Shown: positions 10,381 to 20,567 of the stretch, one piece after another
Layout: every line of letters starts with the position of its first letter
How positions within the stretch are numbered: the stretch's first letter is position 1
Assembly (NCBI GenBank): GCA_044370175.1
Contig: JBILVZ010000002.1
Span: forward strand, 8,759 to 72,758
From: Methylococcaceae bacterium
GTDB taxonomy: Bacteria > Patescibacteriota > Microgenomatia > UBA1400 > PJMF01
DNA length: 64,000 nucleotides
Direction: 5' to 3'
Position numbers and translations under genes: made by a program
Notes under the pieces: generated by a model
What the model saw: the letters and a program-made list of their open reading frames with translations, nothing else
The model's database searches: none
Told to the model about the DNA's origin: nothing

Positions 10381-10454
10381 ATACGTCCTTCACTTAAGGA
10401 TAACGTATCTAACGCCAATAGCCAATAGTAACTTACTCCATTAGTAGTACTACC

Positions 10455-11558
10455 TTAGAAATTTCGACCTAAAAACTCTTCTGTTCTTTGTTTAAGCTCA
10501 ATACTACCTTCTCCACTTTTAGCTGAAACAAATACAACACTCTTTCCACGGTACTTAGCTGCTAATTGGGCTTGCTGACTGGGTGACAGTAAATCAATCT
10601 TATTAAATACATAGAGACGGGTTTGACTGGCGTGCAGTTCTTGGAGTATATCTTCTACTACTGTTATTTTTTCAAACATTTTTGGATCTGAAACATCTAT
10701 TACATGGAGCACTAGCTGCGCTTCCATAGACTCAAGAAGCGTAGAGCGAAATGCTTCAATGAGAATAGGTGGCAGATCATCTATAAAACCAATAGTATCA
10801 GAAATAAGCACTGCAGGAATATAGTGTTGCAGTTTTATTTTCCCGACCACAGTATCAAGTGTTGTAAATAAGGATTGATGCGATTTTTTTTGCTTTCCAG
10901 TTAAGATGTTAAATAAGGTAGTTTTACCAGCACTAGTATACCCAACGAGCGCAACAGTTTTTACACCTCTCTTTTGTCGCTCATAAATTCTTTTGCGCTG
11001 TTCATCTGCTCGCTCTTTGATCTGTTTTTCTATTCGCTGTTGAATTTTCTTTATGTTACGGCGCTCAATCTCAATATTAGTTTCTCCTAAACCTCGAGTC
11101 CCAATACCACCTCCTTGACGTGAGAGTGCAGTTTTTCCTAAACCATAAATCCGCGGACCAGTGTGTTTAACACGAGCTAGTTGTATCTGCAACTTTGCTT
11201 CAACTGAACTAGCGTGTTGTTCAAAAATATTTAGTATTAGGTCTACTCTATCCCAAACAGCGATTCTCGTATTTACTGCCCAAAGTGCACGCTCCATTCT
11301 AAAAAGTTGCCCCGAATTAACGATTGCATTTATAACCACTACTTCAATTTTCTTTTCCTGTACAACGGATTGTAGCCACTCTAATTTTCCACTGCCAATA
11401 TAGGTATTTGGGTGGGGGTGCATTCGATGTTGTATAGATTTCTCTACCACAATCCCACCGTAGGTATCAATCAGTAGCTCCGCCTCAGCCATGTTAGCGA
11501 GCGCTGCATGATGATGATAGTGTGGACCAATAACCTGTAAGATTAGGAATCGCTGCAT
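10455..11558 (-). CDS. hflX: GTPase HflX
   Basis: HflX N-terminal domain followed by a G domain with a P-loop (VALVGYTSAGKTTLFNILT) and DTIGF (G3). The ~360-aa length matches HflX. Confidence 0.85.
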   Translation of the reverse strand: MQRFLILQVIGPHYHHHAALANMAEAELLIDTYGGIVVEKSIQHRMHPHPNTYIGSGKLEWLQSVVQEKKIEVVVINAIVNSGQLFRMERALWAVNTRIAVWDRVDLILNIFEQHASSVEAKLQIQLARVKHTGPRIYGLGKTALSRQGGGIGTRGLGETNIEIERRNIKKIQQRIEKQIKERADEQRKRIYERQKRGVKTVALVGYTSAGKTTLFNILTGKQKKSHQSLFTTLDTVVGKIKLQHYIPAVLISDTIGFIDDLPPILIEAFRSTLLESMEAQLVLHVIDVSDPKMFEKITVVEDILQELHASQTRLYVFNKIDLLSPSQQAQLAAKYRGKSVVFVSAKSGEGSIELKQRTEEFLGRNF

Positions 11559-11795
11559 ACTACTGCATTTGCCAAGATTTAATTATTTGTAAAGGATACA
11601 GTAGCATACTTATATTTAGTAATAAATTATCTTTAATGACATACCCTACACCCAGCTCCAGTACAATAATCAAGGTAATTGAAAACCAAACAGGCAGTAG
11701 TGAGCGAAAAACGTTTGTACATATCGTGTTGAAAATCTAATTCAGTCATTTTTAAGCGAGCACAGGTACAGTATACACTTAGAAAGGAGGTACAA

Positions 11796-12305
11796 ATGCA
11801 AAAAAAATTAATAATGATCGTGGCTGCAGTAGCAATTGTTGGGACAACACTACTCTCAGCTCGTGATGCATTTGCACAAACAAGTGATACAACGACGGCA
11901 CCAATGCACTCACTTGTTGAGAAGATTAGTACAAAGTTTGGTTTAAACAAGGATGCAGTAGAAGCTGTCTTTGTTGAGGAAGGTCTGGCTCGGCAAGCTG
12001 CCAGGAGAGAGCACGAAGACCAGCGACTTTCGCAGCTCGTTGCTGAAGGCAAACTCACTCAAGCTCATAAGCAACTACTTATTGCTAAACGAGATGAGCT
12101 TCGGACGCAGCGTCAGAAGGAACGTGATACGTTTCGAAACATGACTCTCAAAGAGCGACGTGCGATTATGGAAAAAAGGCATCAAGCGCTCGAAACTTGG
12201 GCAAAAGCCAACGGCATTGATCCACAATACTTACTCGAAGCAAGACACGGTGAGAAAGGTATGAGTATGAAGGGCAAAATGCCTAGCTATGCACAACCAT
12301 ACTAA
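11796..12305 (+). CDS. Secreted protein of unknown function (signal peptide, Arg/Lys/Glu-rich helical body)
   Basis: Cleavable signal peptide (MQKKLIMIVAAVAIVGTTLLSARDAFA). AAAGGAGG Shine-Dalgarno sequence 8 nt upstream. Confidence 0.5.
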   Translation: MQKKLIMIVAAVAIVGTTLLSARDAFAQTSDTTTAPMHSLVEKISTKFGLNKDAVEAVFVEEGLARQAARREHEDQRLSQLVAEGKLTQAHKQLLIAKRDELRTQRQKERDTFRNMTLKERRAIMEKRHQALETWAKANGIDPQYLLEARHGEKGMSMKGKMPSYAQPY

Positions 12306-12337
12306 CAATACTGAATAGGACAGAATTCAGTGCTCTA

Positions 12338-12363
12338 CAGCTCCGCCTCAGCCGGAGCTGTTT
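12338..12363 (+). terminator. Rho-independent terminator-like hairpin (CAGCTCCG-loop-CGGAGCTG, followed by TTT)
   Basis: 8-bp GC-rich stem 33 nt after the stop of the 11796..12305 gene. The T-run is short. Confidence 0.45.
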
Positions 12364-12424
12364 GAGGTATAATTACAGCAACTTTAAGCCAACCTTAAGA
12401 ATTCAACTCTAAACTCTTACCTAT

Positions 12425-13096
12425 ATGAGAATATTACTTATTGAAGATGAAATAAAACTAGCACAGGCGATTAAACGTGCCTTACAGCTGCAGAAATATG
12501 CGGTTGATATCGTCAATGACGGAGCTGAAGGTCTTGATCTTGCCGTGGGAGAGCAGCCTGATCTTATTATTCTTGATGTTATGTTGCCGAGCATGGATGG
12601 AATTACGGTTTGCAAAGAACTGCGTAGGCAAAATGTGCTCACCCCAATTTTAATGCTCACAGCCAGAGGTCAAATAACTGACAAGGTTAGCGGTTTAGAT
12701 GTAGGCGCCGATGATTACATGGTGAAGCCATTTTCATTTGAAGAATTGTTTGCACGAATACGAGCACTCATTAGAAGACCGGTAGTCAGTACAGATCCTG
12801 TTTTGACGATTGATACTCTTATGTTAGATCCAAAAAGTCTCAGTGTAAAACGTTCAAACAAAGAGATTCAACTTTCTGCAAAAGAGTTCGCACTGTTGCA
12901 CTATCTAATGCGCAACCAAAACACTGTCTTGACGAAAGAACATTTAGTACAACATGTTTGGGATTATGATGCCGACATTTTACCAAGCACAATAGAAGTT
13001 CACATTAAACATTTACGCGATAAAATTGATAAGCCATTTGCTCGGCCACTTATTCACACCGTCCGAGGATTTGGCTACAAAATGGCAGATAAATAA
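12425..13096 (+). CDS. Two-component response regulator, OmpR/PhoB family
   Basis: Receiver domain (MRILLIEDE...DLIILDVMLP, conserved Asp, KPF) plus a winged-helix trans_reg_C C-terminus (VHIKHLRDKID...TVRGFGY). Confidence 0.9.
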   Translation: MRILLIEDEIKLAQAIKRALQLQKYAVDIVNDGAEGLDLAVGEQPDLIILDVMLPSMDGITVCKELRRQNVLTPILMLTARGQITDKVSGLDVGADDYMVKPFSFEELFARIRALIRRPVVSTDPVLTIDTLMLDPKSLSVKRSNKEIQLSAKEFALLHYLMRNQNTVLTKEHLVQHVWDYDADILPSTIEVHIKHLRDKIDKPFARPLIHTVRGFGYKMADK

Positions 13097-13101
13097 AATC
13101 T

Positions 13102-14121
13102 ATGTTTAATTCCGCTCGCCTGAAGCTAACTGCCTGGTACATTCTTATTTTGCTATCTGTAAGTGTCTTGTTTAGTGTTGCCATATATCAAGTTTCAACT
13201 CGTGAAATACAGCAATTAATTAATAGAATTGCTGCTGATGAACAAACCAATACTGCAATGATTTTTAGGCAGCCACACCGCCCCCCACAAACTCTAACTA
13301 TAGATGAACTACGACTAGTAAAAAATCGCTTATGGGTGCGGTTACTAATTACAAATATGGTTGTATTACTGGTAGGTGGTGGCGCAAGTTATTTCTTGGC
13401 TGGAAAAACGTTACAACCAATTAAAGAAATGCTTGATGAGCATAATCAATTTATCACTGATGCATCACATGAACTGCGCACACCAATAGCTACACTTCGT
13501 GCAGAAATGGAAGCGAGCTTATTAGAACGCAAGATCACAGATGCACAAGCTCGGGTGTTGATTGCAAGTAATTTGGAAGAACTCTCATCAATTCAAGAAC
13601 TCTCTAACAAGTTACTACAGTTAGCGCAGTCCCCCACCACTCAAAAAGAAAAAGTAGTTGAAGAAGTCAGTGTTCACGAGGTAATCACAAAAGCGTATAA
13701 AAAAGTTTTAATATTAGCCAAAGGGAAAAAGATCGCTATTAAAAAAATTTTTGATCGCAATGATGCGACTATCTTGGGTAACTCAAGCGAGCTGACTGAG
13801 TTATTTGTTATCTTGCTTGATAATGCTGTTAAATACAGTGACAGCAAAACCACAGTTAGTATCAAAACACGTGTTTTAGATTCAAAGGTACTCGTTTGGG
13901 TACGTGATGAGGGGTATGGCATTGACCCTGCCGACTTGCCCAATATCTTTAAGCGTTTCTACAGAGCTGATAAGTCTAGATCACATGCAGCTGGGTATGG
14001 ACTTGGACTAGCGATTGCAAACTCAATTATAGATCGACATCAAGGTATCATAGAAGCTAAAAGTAGTCCTCATGTTGGGACCACTTTTTTAATCCATCTT
14101 CCAACTATTACTCGGTTGTAA
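13102..14121 (+). CDS. Sensor histidine kinase
   Basis: Two TM segments, a HisKA H-box (ASHELRTPIATL) and HATPase_c motifs (N-box LLDNAVKYS, G-boxes DEGYGI and GYGLGLAI). It starts 6 nt after the regulator gene. Confidence 0.85.
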   Translation: MFNSARLKLTAWYILILLSVSVLFSVAIYQVSTREIQQLINRIAADEQTNTAMIFRQPHRPPQTLTIDELRLVKNRLWVRLLITNMVVLLVGGGASYFLAGKTLQPIKEMLDEHNQFITDASHELRTPIATLRAEMEASLLERKITDAQARVLIASNLEELSSIQELSNKLLQLAQSPTTQKEKVVEEVSVHEVITKAYKKVLILAKGKKIAIKKIFDRNDATILGNSSELTELFVILLDNAVKYSDSKTTVSIKTRVLDSKVLVWVRDEGYGIDPADLPNIFKRFYRADKSRSHAAGYGLGLAIANSIIDRHQGIIEAKSSPHVGTTFLIHLPTITRL

Positions 14122-14173
14122 TTTCTAGGTATGCTCAAGAGAGCATAGTCCCTTTCACATTTATTGGAAGGGT

Positions 14174-14515
14174 CTATTGTTTTATTGATTGGACTTGCTG
14201 ATACTTTGCACCCCAGTCAGCCATTTGTTGAAGAATACCTGCAAAATCACTGCCCTTTTGCGTTAAGGAATATTCTGGATATCCCAAAGATTCTTCACCT
14301 TTTTGTTTGAGTATGACTTTACATTCCTCAAGTTTTAGTAATCGCTGAGAAAGGGTACGCGGACTAATTCCAGGGAGAGAGTGCTGCAGCTGATTAAAGC
14401 GTTTACTCCCATAATAGAGATCTCTGATTATTAATGCGGTCCATTTTTCTCCAATTATCTTAAGCGCAGCTTGAATACAGCCAGGTTTTTTTTCTAATGA
14501 GGGTATTTTTTGCAT
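14174..14515 (-). CDS. HxlR-family winged-helix transcriptional regulator
   Basis: C-x-x-x-A...I.GEKWTALIIRDL...RFNQLQ...PGISPRTLSQRLLKLEE is the HxlR (DUF24) signature. Divergently arranged with an FMN reductase gene, a typical pairing. Confidence 0.8.
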   Translation of the reverse strand: MQKIPSLEKKPGCIQAALKIIGEKWTALIIRDLYYGSKRFNQLQHSLPGISPRTLSQRLLKLEECKVILKQKGEESLGYPEYSLTQKGSDFAGILQQMADWGAKYQQVQSIKQ

Positions 14516-14599
14516 ACAGTGTATACTGGCACTTTACTTTGTATAGCGATTGAATTACCATTAACTATACAAAATATAGTATAACAAGAAGGAGATATA

Positions 14600-15169
14600 A
14601 TGTCACTTACAATAGCGGTTATTCTCGGCAGCACTCGACCACAGCGTGCTGGTGAAGGCATTGCCAAATGGTTCATGGCGCAAACAAAAAACTTCCCTGA
14701 GGCACGTTTTGAGTTTATAGACTTACGCGATGTCGCACTGCCATTTTTAGATGAACCCGTTCCTCCGCTGATGCAGCAGTATCAAAATGAGCACACTAAA
14801 AAGTGGTCAGAAACAGTCAAAAAGTATGATGGATACATTGTTGTCACGCCAGAATACAACCACAGCTTCCCTGCTGTTCTTAAAAATGCTTTTGACTATG
14901 TCTATCATGAGTGGGCAAAGAAGCCAATTGCCTTTGTGTCCTATGGTGCAAGTTCAGGTGGCTCACGAGCTGTAGAGCAACTACGCCAAGTTGCAGTTGA
15001 GTTGCAGATGGCACCTGTTCGCGAACAGATCATGATTCCAATGGTCTGGAGTGCTATGGATGGTGAATCCGTTAAAGCAGATCGCATCCTTGGAGATCTA
15101 CCTAGGATGATGCAAGATATCATTTGGTGGGCTGAAACCTTAAAAAAGGGACGTGAGAATCTGTCCTAA
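14600..15169 (+). CDS. NAD(P)H-dependent FMN reductase (flavodoxin-like fold)
   Basis: The N-terminus (IAVILGSTRPQRAGEGIAKW) and length match the NADPH-dependent FMN reductase / ChrR family. GGAG ribosome-binding site upstream. Confidence 0.8.
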   Translation: MSLTIAVILGSTRPQRAGEGIAKWFMAQTKNFPEARFEFIDLRDVALPFLDEPVPPLMQQYQNEHTKKWSETVKKYDGYIVVTPEYNHSFPAVLKNAFDYVYHEWAKKPIAFVSYGASSGGSRAVEQLRQVAVELQMAPVREQIMIPMVWSAMDGESVKADRILGDLPRMMQDIIWWAETLKKGRENLS

Positions 15170-15173
15170 GATC

Positions 15174-15206
15174 AAAAGCCTACTTCTTCGGAAGTAGGCT
15201 TTTTTA
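15174..15206 (+). terminator. Rho-independent terminator after the FMN reductase gene
   Basis: AAAAGCCTACTTC-TTCG-GAAGTAGGCTTTT, a 13-bp stem with a 4-nt loop, followed by TTTTTATTT. Confidence 0.75.
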
Positions 15207-15256
15207 TTTCGAGAAATGTAGGGTCTTAGCTAACTTTTTTAACCTACTACCCTCAA

Positions 15257-16456
15257 TCAACCAGACGCATCCAAGATTCCCAAAAACGTGCGGATACTCG
15301 TATACAGTCTTTTAAAATAATTACTATTGCGGGTCGTCTGAGCTACGCCAAAATATGTTGTCATATCTTGTGCAAACTTTTCGGCACTCATGGTTGGTGA
15401 GGGACTCGGAGTTGCAGTTGGAGTAGGGGTCATGGTTGGTTCAGGTGATCCCATAGGCACATTGATACGCATGTTGTCCCAGTGATAACGCACTACTTGA
15501 GCAGGTTCTCTCCATGCGATCGATGCTGCATAAACATAGGTATTGCCGGTGATTAACTCGTCTGGCAGTTGTGGCAATCCCGTCTGGTCCCAATACTTAA
15601 CTCCATTAACATAGAGCGTTATGGCGGTGGGACGGACTTCCCAGCGAAAGGCATCTCGACATCCCATATCCATAGTACCTTTTTGACATTCACGCCAGAC
15701 AGTAGCAAGCTCTCCCCAAGGACCACCACCATAGTTACTTTTTCCTGCTAATTGCCAAAACGAAGCCTCCCAAGCTCTCGTACCATCTGGTCTAAAAAGC
15801 GCCACGATAGGCAATCGATCAGCTTGCATACGCATGCCCAGTGACCAACTTCCGGTAAACTGCTCGTAGCCATACAATCCTTTATAATAATCTGTCTGTG
15901 GAGCAGCTGCGTTTGTGAGAATTACCTCATGCCAATCGTTTACGGTGTAATCTTGATGCCCAGCAGAAACAACATGTTCAACACTCAGTACACCATTTTG
16001 AAAAGTAAAGGTCGCATCAGGACGAATCATTGCCCCACCCACACCACTAGTGCTACTTGGTGCAATATCTACCATCCAGTGGTTAGCATGTAGCCAGTGT
16101 TTTGATTGTGCGACTCCACCTAGCGTTTCAAAGACTTTGTATGAGCTAGTTGGGAAGTTGGTGAGTGTTTGACCATGGGTAAAGTCATCTCTCCAGGTAT
16201 TTGCCCCTCGTACAGCGGTATCCGTACCCGTCCCTGAGACTAGACAAAAGATGGCTCGTGGTTGCTCTGCAGTTGCAGCAAGTGGGATAACATCTGAAAG
16301 ACAGGGGAGTTGTTGCGCCTTAATTGGAGAGACTGTGAAAAAGAAAGCTCCTAGAGCTATAGTTACTACTACGCCTGCTTGCACAGCCGCCATCCAACTT
16401 AAAAATATACGCGACATACCCATACAGAACCTTTCGTAAGTAGTTGCTACACACAA
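15257..16456 (-). CDS. Secreted hypothetical protein with C-terminal Pro/Thr/Ser linker
   Basis: Signal peptide (MSRIFLSWMAAVQAGVVVTIALGAFFFTVSPIKA), a ~300-aa Trp/Gly-rich beta-type domain, then TMTPTPTATPSPSPT. Function unknown. Confidence 0.5.
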   Translation of the reverse strand: MCVATTYERFCMGMSRIFLSWMAAVQAGVVVTIALGAFFFTVSPIKAQQLPCLSDVIPLAATAEQPRAIFCLVSGTGTDTAVRGANTWRDDFTHGQTLTNFPTSSYKVFETLGGVAQSKHWLHANHWMVDIAPSSTSGVGGAMIRPDATFTFQNGVLSVEHVVSAGHQDYTVNDWHEVILTNAAAPQTDYYKGLYGYEQFTGSWSLGMRMQADRLPIVALFRPDGTRAWEASFWQLAGKSNYGGGPWGELATVWRECQKGTMDMGCRDAFRWEVRPTAITLYVNGVKYWDQTGLPQLPDELITGNTYVYAASIAWREPAQVVRYHWDNMRINVPMGSPEPTMTPTPTATPSPSPTMSAEKFAQDMTTYFGVAQTTRNSNYFKRLYTSIRTFLGILDASG

Positions 16457-16562
16457 ATATTAGGCATTATCTATATTGAAACAACTGTTGTCAAATGCGA
16501 GTGGCAAGTCCCTCAGATAGATATATCTTGGGTGATATGATACGCTTACGCAAAGGAGGATT

Positions 16563-16976
16563 ATGGCAAAAAATGAAATGATGCAAGTCTATTCGTATGG
16601 CACTTTATATTTGGTTAATTTTTTAGGTATCTACTTTGCAAACCTCTGGTTTCCTGCGCAGGTAGTGCTGGGAACTGTCACTATTTCATTACTTTGGGCA
16701 CTCATCTTGAGTGCTGGGACTACTGCACTGCTTGGGACATTGGCCATGCCATTTTTTCAAGTCTGGGAGCAGAAGCGTCAAAAAGAGCTCTCTCCTCTTG
16801 AGTGGATGGTGGGATACCTTGTAGTCAACTGTGTGAGCATTTGGCTTATTACTCGCAAGTCCGAGCTCTTTGGGATGGGCGTAAGCTCTTGGATTGTTGT
16901 GATTGCCTTAGGTATTGTCTTAAACATACTCCAAGCAATTGCAATGACCAAGCTCCAGAAGAATGCTGGCGCATAG
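16563..16976 (+). CDS. Hypothetical membrane protein (4 TM)
   Basis: 137-aa hydrophobic ORF ending 3 nt before truB. Confidence 0.4.
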   Translation: MAKNEMMQVYSYGTLYLVNFLGIYFANLWFPAQVVLGTVTISLLWALILSAGTTALLGTLAMPFFQVWEQKRQKELSPLEWMVGYLVVNCVSIWLITRKSELFGMGVSSWIVVIALGIVLNILQAIAMTKLQKNAGA

Positions 16977-16979
16977 TGC

Positions 16980-17750
16980 ATGATTTTTGCTCTTTGGCAA
17001 CCTCGATACGCTTCTTCACACATGCTAGCGCAAGCGTGTGCAAAAATGCTCGGAGAAAAAGCTACCCACACAGGGACACTTGATCCAATGGCAGAGGGTG
17101 TTTTGGTTATACTCACAGGCGAGGATCGCTATGCTAAAGGATTGCTTTCTGACTGGCAGAAAACCTATACGTTCTCCATTCTTTGGGGTCTAGCTACAGA
17201 CAGTGGGGACCAATTAGGGATGCTCACAACGGTTAGCACTCTGCAACCTGAAGTAGAAAAACTGGAAACAGTGTTTGCAGACTTTCCCACTCACTATACT
17301 CAACTCGTACCAACTTTTTCAGCACGTCGCTTTGCAGGTAAATCTAGTTTCGATTTTGGTAAAGAAAAAAAAGTAATGAGCGACAAATACAGAAACATTT
17401 CACTTACTACGCTCACTCTCACAGAGTGTGCTACTATTTCGCTTAATGAAGTTATTGAACAACAAGCAACAGCGGTGCAGTGTGTTAGTGGGAATTTTCG
17501 ACAGCGTGAGATAGCTACTGATTGGCAGCAATTGCCCAAGAGGATCAGCGCTGCTGAACAAGAGTTTTTAATAACTACAGCTACTGTCACAACTTCACCT
17601 GGCACCTACATTAGACAACTAGTGCAAGATCTTGCAAAGATCGTGGCGGTACCCGCACTAACATGGAGCATAACAAGAACAGAGAATGGTCCGTTTGGGA
17701 TGGCAGACTGCATTGCAATTGACGAGTTATCGTCGTTTGTTTCTCAATGA
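16980..17750 (+). CDS. truB: tRNA pseudouridine(55) synthase TruB
   Basis: THTGTLDPMAEGVLVI matches the GHxGTLDPxAxGVL catalytic-Asp motif. KTYTFSILWGLATDSGDQLG matches the K.Y...i.LG..TDT.D.eG motif. Confidence 0.65.
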   Translation: MIFALWQPRYASSHMLAQACAKMLGEKATHTGTLDPMAEGVLVILTGEDRYAKGLLSDWQKTYTFSILWGLATDSGDQLGMLTTVSTLQPEVEKLETVFADFPTHYTQLVPTFSARRFAGKSSFDFGKEKKVMSDKYRNISLTTLTLTECATISLNEVIEQQATAVQCVSGNFRQREIATDWQQLPKRISAAEQEFLITTATVTTSPGTYIRQLVQDLAKIVAVPALTWSITRTENGPFGMADCIAIDELSSFVSQ

Positions 17751-18356
17751 AAACCATAGCAACAAACGCATCACTAGTACCACACACATAAAAATACTAA
17801 CGATCAAACTGAGTGATGGAGGCGTTTGCATACCTTCAAGATACCAGGTCGTCCAGCGCCCATATTTGAGTAACACGACGTGAGCAAGCACAAATATGAC
17901 GGCAAGATACCCGGTGCGAAGAGTTCTCCGCCAGGCTTCACTGCCTAGCAGCTTGGTGAAGAATGTATTAGAAATACTTGCCATAATCGTAAAAATTACA
18001 AAAGCTAGGGTCCCAGTGAGCGCTGGTAACATTGCGCCCTTCATCCAAGTTTCAAGCCGAAGTAAATTCATGAATGCTCCCCAGGAAAGCACAAGATGTG
18101 TAATTGCAAAGGCAAATCCTGTCAGTCCAAAGTATTTTCGATAAATGATTATTCGATCAAAGAGGTTAAAAAAGTAGGATAGGCCACTTTGTAGCATCGA
18201 AAAACCCATTAAAATAATTGCAGTATCAGCCGCAGCTTTGTTTACTTCACCAGGTATTCCCAACCATCTGAGATAGCTATAACAAGCAGCATAGACAAGC
18301 AGTCCAATCAAACCAGAAGTGAGGTAGAATCTTATTTCACGTAGTAGCATATACAA
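17727..18356 (-). CDS. 6-TM membrane protein (ferric-reductase/MsrQ-like fold possible)
   Basis: 209 aa with six hydrophobic helices and conserved His in helices (ITHLVLSW, LAHVVLL). Assignment is tentative. Confidence 0.35.
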   Translation of the reverse strand: MYMLLREIRFYLTSGLIGLLVYAACYSYLRWLGIPGEVNKAAADTAIILMGFSMLQSGLSYFFNLFDRIIIYRKYFGLTGFAFAITHLVLSWGAFMNLLRLETWMKGAMLPALTGTLAFVIFTIMASISNTFFTKLLGSEAWRRTLRTGYLAVIFVLAHVVLLKYGRWTTWYLEGMQTPPSLSLIVSIFMCVVLVMRLLLWFSLRNKRR

Positions 18357-18411
18357 CTACTATATACCTACTCCACAATGAATTCAAACTAGTGGTACTA
18401 TAAAAGCCAGC

Positions 18412-18846
18412 ATGCATGCAAAACAAAAAATCGTAGTTGGTACTTTCATTTGTCTTGTGACAACGATTGGACTTGGTACTACGCACCTCCTTTCTCGGCC
18501 TTCTGACTCTCCAAAAACTACCCTTGCTGAGACAGCTGGCAGCACGCATCTATTCGCACCAGAAGGCTACTTAGAGACGCTGCACGCAAAAAAAATCGAG
18601 CTTGATGGTATAGTTGTATATCGTAGCGAATTGACTAATGGTGATAAAAAAATTACCATTGATATTTCAGGACAATTGGAGACTGATTGTCCTGGCCAAG
18701 AAGAGCATCGCGGTACCCGCAAACTCTGCTACTATGCACGGGCTGGCATAAAAACTGTTCAGTTTACAAAAAATGGACTACTACACAAAATCTCCAGTAA
18801 AGATGTAAGTTTTACCGAGCTTGAGCGTATTACCGATACTTTATAA
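18412..18846 (+). CDS. Secreted hypothetical protein (144 aa)
   Basis: Signal peptide (MHAKQKIVVGTFICLVTTIGLGTTHLLS); no recognised domain. Confidence 0.45.
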   Translation: MHAKQKIVVGTFICLVTTIGLGTTHLLSRPSDSPKTTLAETAGSTHLFAPEGYLETLHAKKIELDGIVVYRSELTNGDKKITIDISGQLETDCPGQEEHRGTRKLCYYARAGIKTVQFTKNGLLHKISSKDVSFTELERITDTL

Positions 18847-19560
18847 TTACTCAGTTTTTTTATACAGTTTGTAAAAAATTAATGTTTTATCGAGTAACAG
18901 CACTGTCACAAACCACCAAAATCCTGCAATGTATCCTGCAACTACATCACTAAAATAATGAACCCCCAAGTAGACTCGGCTAAAACCCACCACAAGCACG
19001 TAGATCATTGAAAGTACCGTCAAGAGAACTGTTACTTTTTTGTTTCTAAAAAAATGAAAGGAAAAATAGGAAAGTAATGCACAAAAAATAAAGGCATTCA
19101 TTGCGTGGCTTGAGGGAAAACTTGGAGTCAATTCGCTAGTCAAATGTAAAACCTCAGGCCTTGGTCGCCCGATAACATACTTAAAAAATAATCCAATCAG
19201 TGTTCCAATAGAAAGAGCTAAACTAAAGAGCAAGGCCTCTTTTCGATGCTTCTTGATCAGTAAAAAAATGCTCCCTAAGCTGACTAAAATAAACGGTACT
19301 TGACCACCCAAACTTGTAAGCAGTTCCATCAGCATAGTTAGTACTGGGCTACGCCACGCTAGTACCTCAGTAGTAATCTGCATGTCAAGTGAATAGAGGT
19401 GCTTGTCTATAACTGCTTGGGTAAAGTAGAAAAATACTAGCAGTGAAAAGACAAAATAGATTATCCCCACAAGGATTTCGCTCACAACAATAAATCCTTC
19501 GCGTGTGGAGAAGGCAGCTGTACGCAGACGCTGCGATAGTCCTCTTGTTTTTATTGGCAT
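18847..19560 (-). CDS. PAP2-family phosphatase (phosphatidic acid / undecaprenyl-diphosphate phosphatase-like)
   Basis: Three PAP2 motifs: KxxxxxxRP (KYVIGRPRP), PSSH (FPSSHAM) and SRxxxxxHxxxD (SRVYLGVHYFSDV). Confidence 0.8.
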   Translation of the reverse strand: MPIKTRGLSQRLRTAAFSTREGFIVVSEILVGIIYFVFSLLVFFYFTQAVIDKHLYSLDMQITTEVLAWRSPVLTMLMELLTSLGGQVPFILVSLGSIFLLIKKHRKEALLFSLALSIGTLIGLFFKYVIGRPRPEVLHLTSELTPSFPSSHAMNAFIFCALLSYFSFHFFRNKKVTVLLTVLSMIYVLVVGFSRVYLGVHYFSDVVAGYIAGFWWFVTVLLLDKTLIFYKLYKKTE

Positions 19561-19564
19561 TACA

Positions 19565-19924
19565 TTAGAACAGTTGTACTAGATATGGAATAAACACAAT
19601 GCTGCCTATCACTGTGGCTGTTATAGCTGCAAGTAGCACGGCAGCAGCTGCAATATCTTTTGGCTTGCCTGCTTTTGGATACGTTTCTGGATGTACAGAA
19701 GTATGCAGATCCATAGCAGATTCAATCGCAGTATTGATTGTTTCTGCGGTGAGTACTAAGCCGATACTCGCTATTATTGCCAGCCATTCTAGTTTGCTAA
19801 TCGAGAACAACATGCCCAGCAGCACCGCAAGAATCATACAGCTGAGATGTACTTTAAAGTTGCGCTCTCTAGACATCCAGCGCAACCCAATATACGCATA
19901 GCGAAACGACAGTAACAGTTTCAT
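19565..19924 (-). CDS. dgkA: Diacylglycerol/undecaprenol kinase (DgkA family)
   Basis: 119-aa, 3-TM protein with an N-terminal amphipathic segment (RNFKVHL...) and E/D...N...AIESAMD, typical of prokaryotic DgkA. Adjacent to the PAP2 gene. Confidence 0.65.
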   Translation of the reverse strand: MKLLLSFRYAYIGLRWMSRERNFKVHLSCMILAVLLGMLFSISKLEWLAIIASIGLVLTAETINTAIESAMDLHTSVHPETYPKAGKPKDIAAAAVLLAAITATVIGSIVFIPYLVQLF

Positions 19925-20027
19925 AGAATGTACAAATCATTGTACCTGTACTCTCCATATATTTAAATAGAAAACTGACAAAAAAATCCGCCACAAATCC
20001 AACAGTACAGACTGGTATACTACACCT

Positions 20028-20567
20028 ATGAAATATGCAGCACTCCTCAGAGGTATCAATGTTGGTGGTCGCAACATAGTCCACATGGCAGACCTCAAGG
20101 CAATCATGGAGCAGATTGGGTTTTCAAACGTACACACGTATATTCAAACAGGAAACGTTACCTTTGAGTATGCCAAACACAATCCTGAAAAACTCACACA
20201 CCACATCGAAGCTATGCTTGCTCAGCGATATTCTTTTCCCATCAAAGTACATGTGCGGACAAGAGATCAGCTCAAAGCCACCTTGGAACAGGTCCCTGCC
20301 AGATGGCACACTGATGCTGACATTCGCAAATACATTGCGTATGTTAGCTCCGCTGTTATCCCTCAAGAAGCAGTCGCTGAAATCGAGGTGCAAGAAGGTG
20401 TAGATGTAGTAGCTGCTGGGCCAGGTGCAATTTACATGAGCACTACAATGGAAGGGCTCACCAAGAGTAAACTTAATAAAATACTTGGCAAAAAGATTTA
20501 TGCAGAAATGACCATGCGTAATTTTGTAACATCAAAACGGCTACTCGAGTTATTAGATGCTGAGTAA
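20028..20567 (+). CDS. DUF1697 family protein
   Basis: MKYAALLRGINVGGRNIVHMADLKA... is the DUF1697 N-terminal signature. Confidence 0.65.
   Translation: MKYAALLRGINVGGRNIVHMADLKAIMEQIGFSNVHTYIQTGNVTFEYAKHNPEKLTHHIEAMLAQRYSFPIKVHVRTRDQLKATLEQVPARWHTDADIRKYIAYVSSAVIPQEAVAEIEVQEGVDVVAAGPGAIYMSTTMEGLTKSKLNKILGKKIYAEMTMRNFVTSKRLLELLDAE

Noticed and set aside
11633-12058. 141-aa minus-strand ORF overlapping the secreted-protein gene 11796..12305.
   Set aside because: Cys/Ser-rich low-complexity translation antisense to a gene with a signal peptide and a ribosome-binding site.
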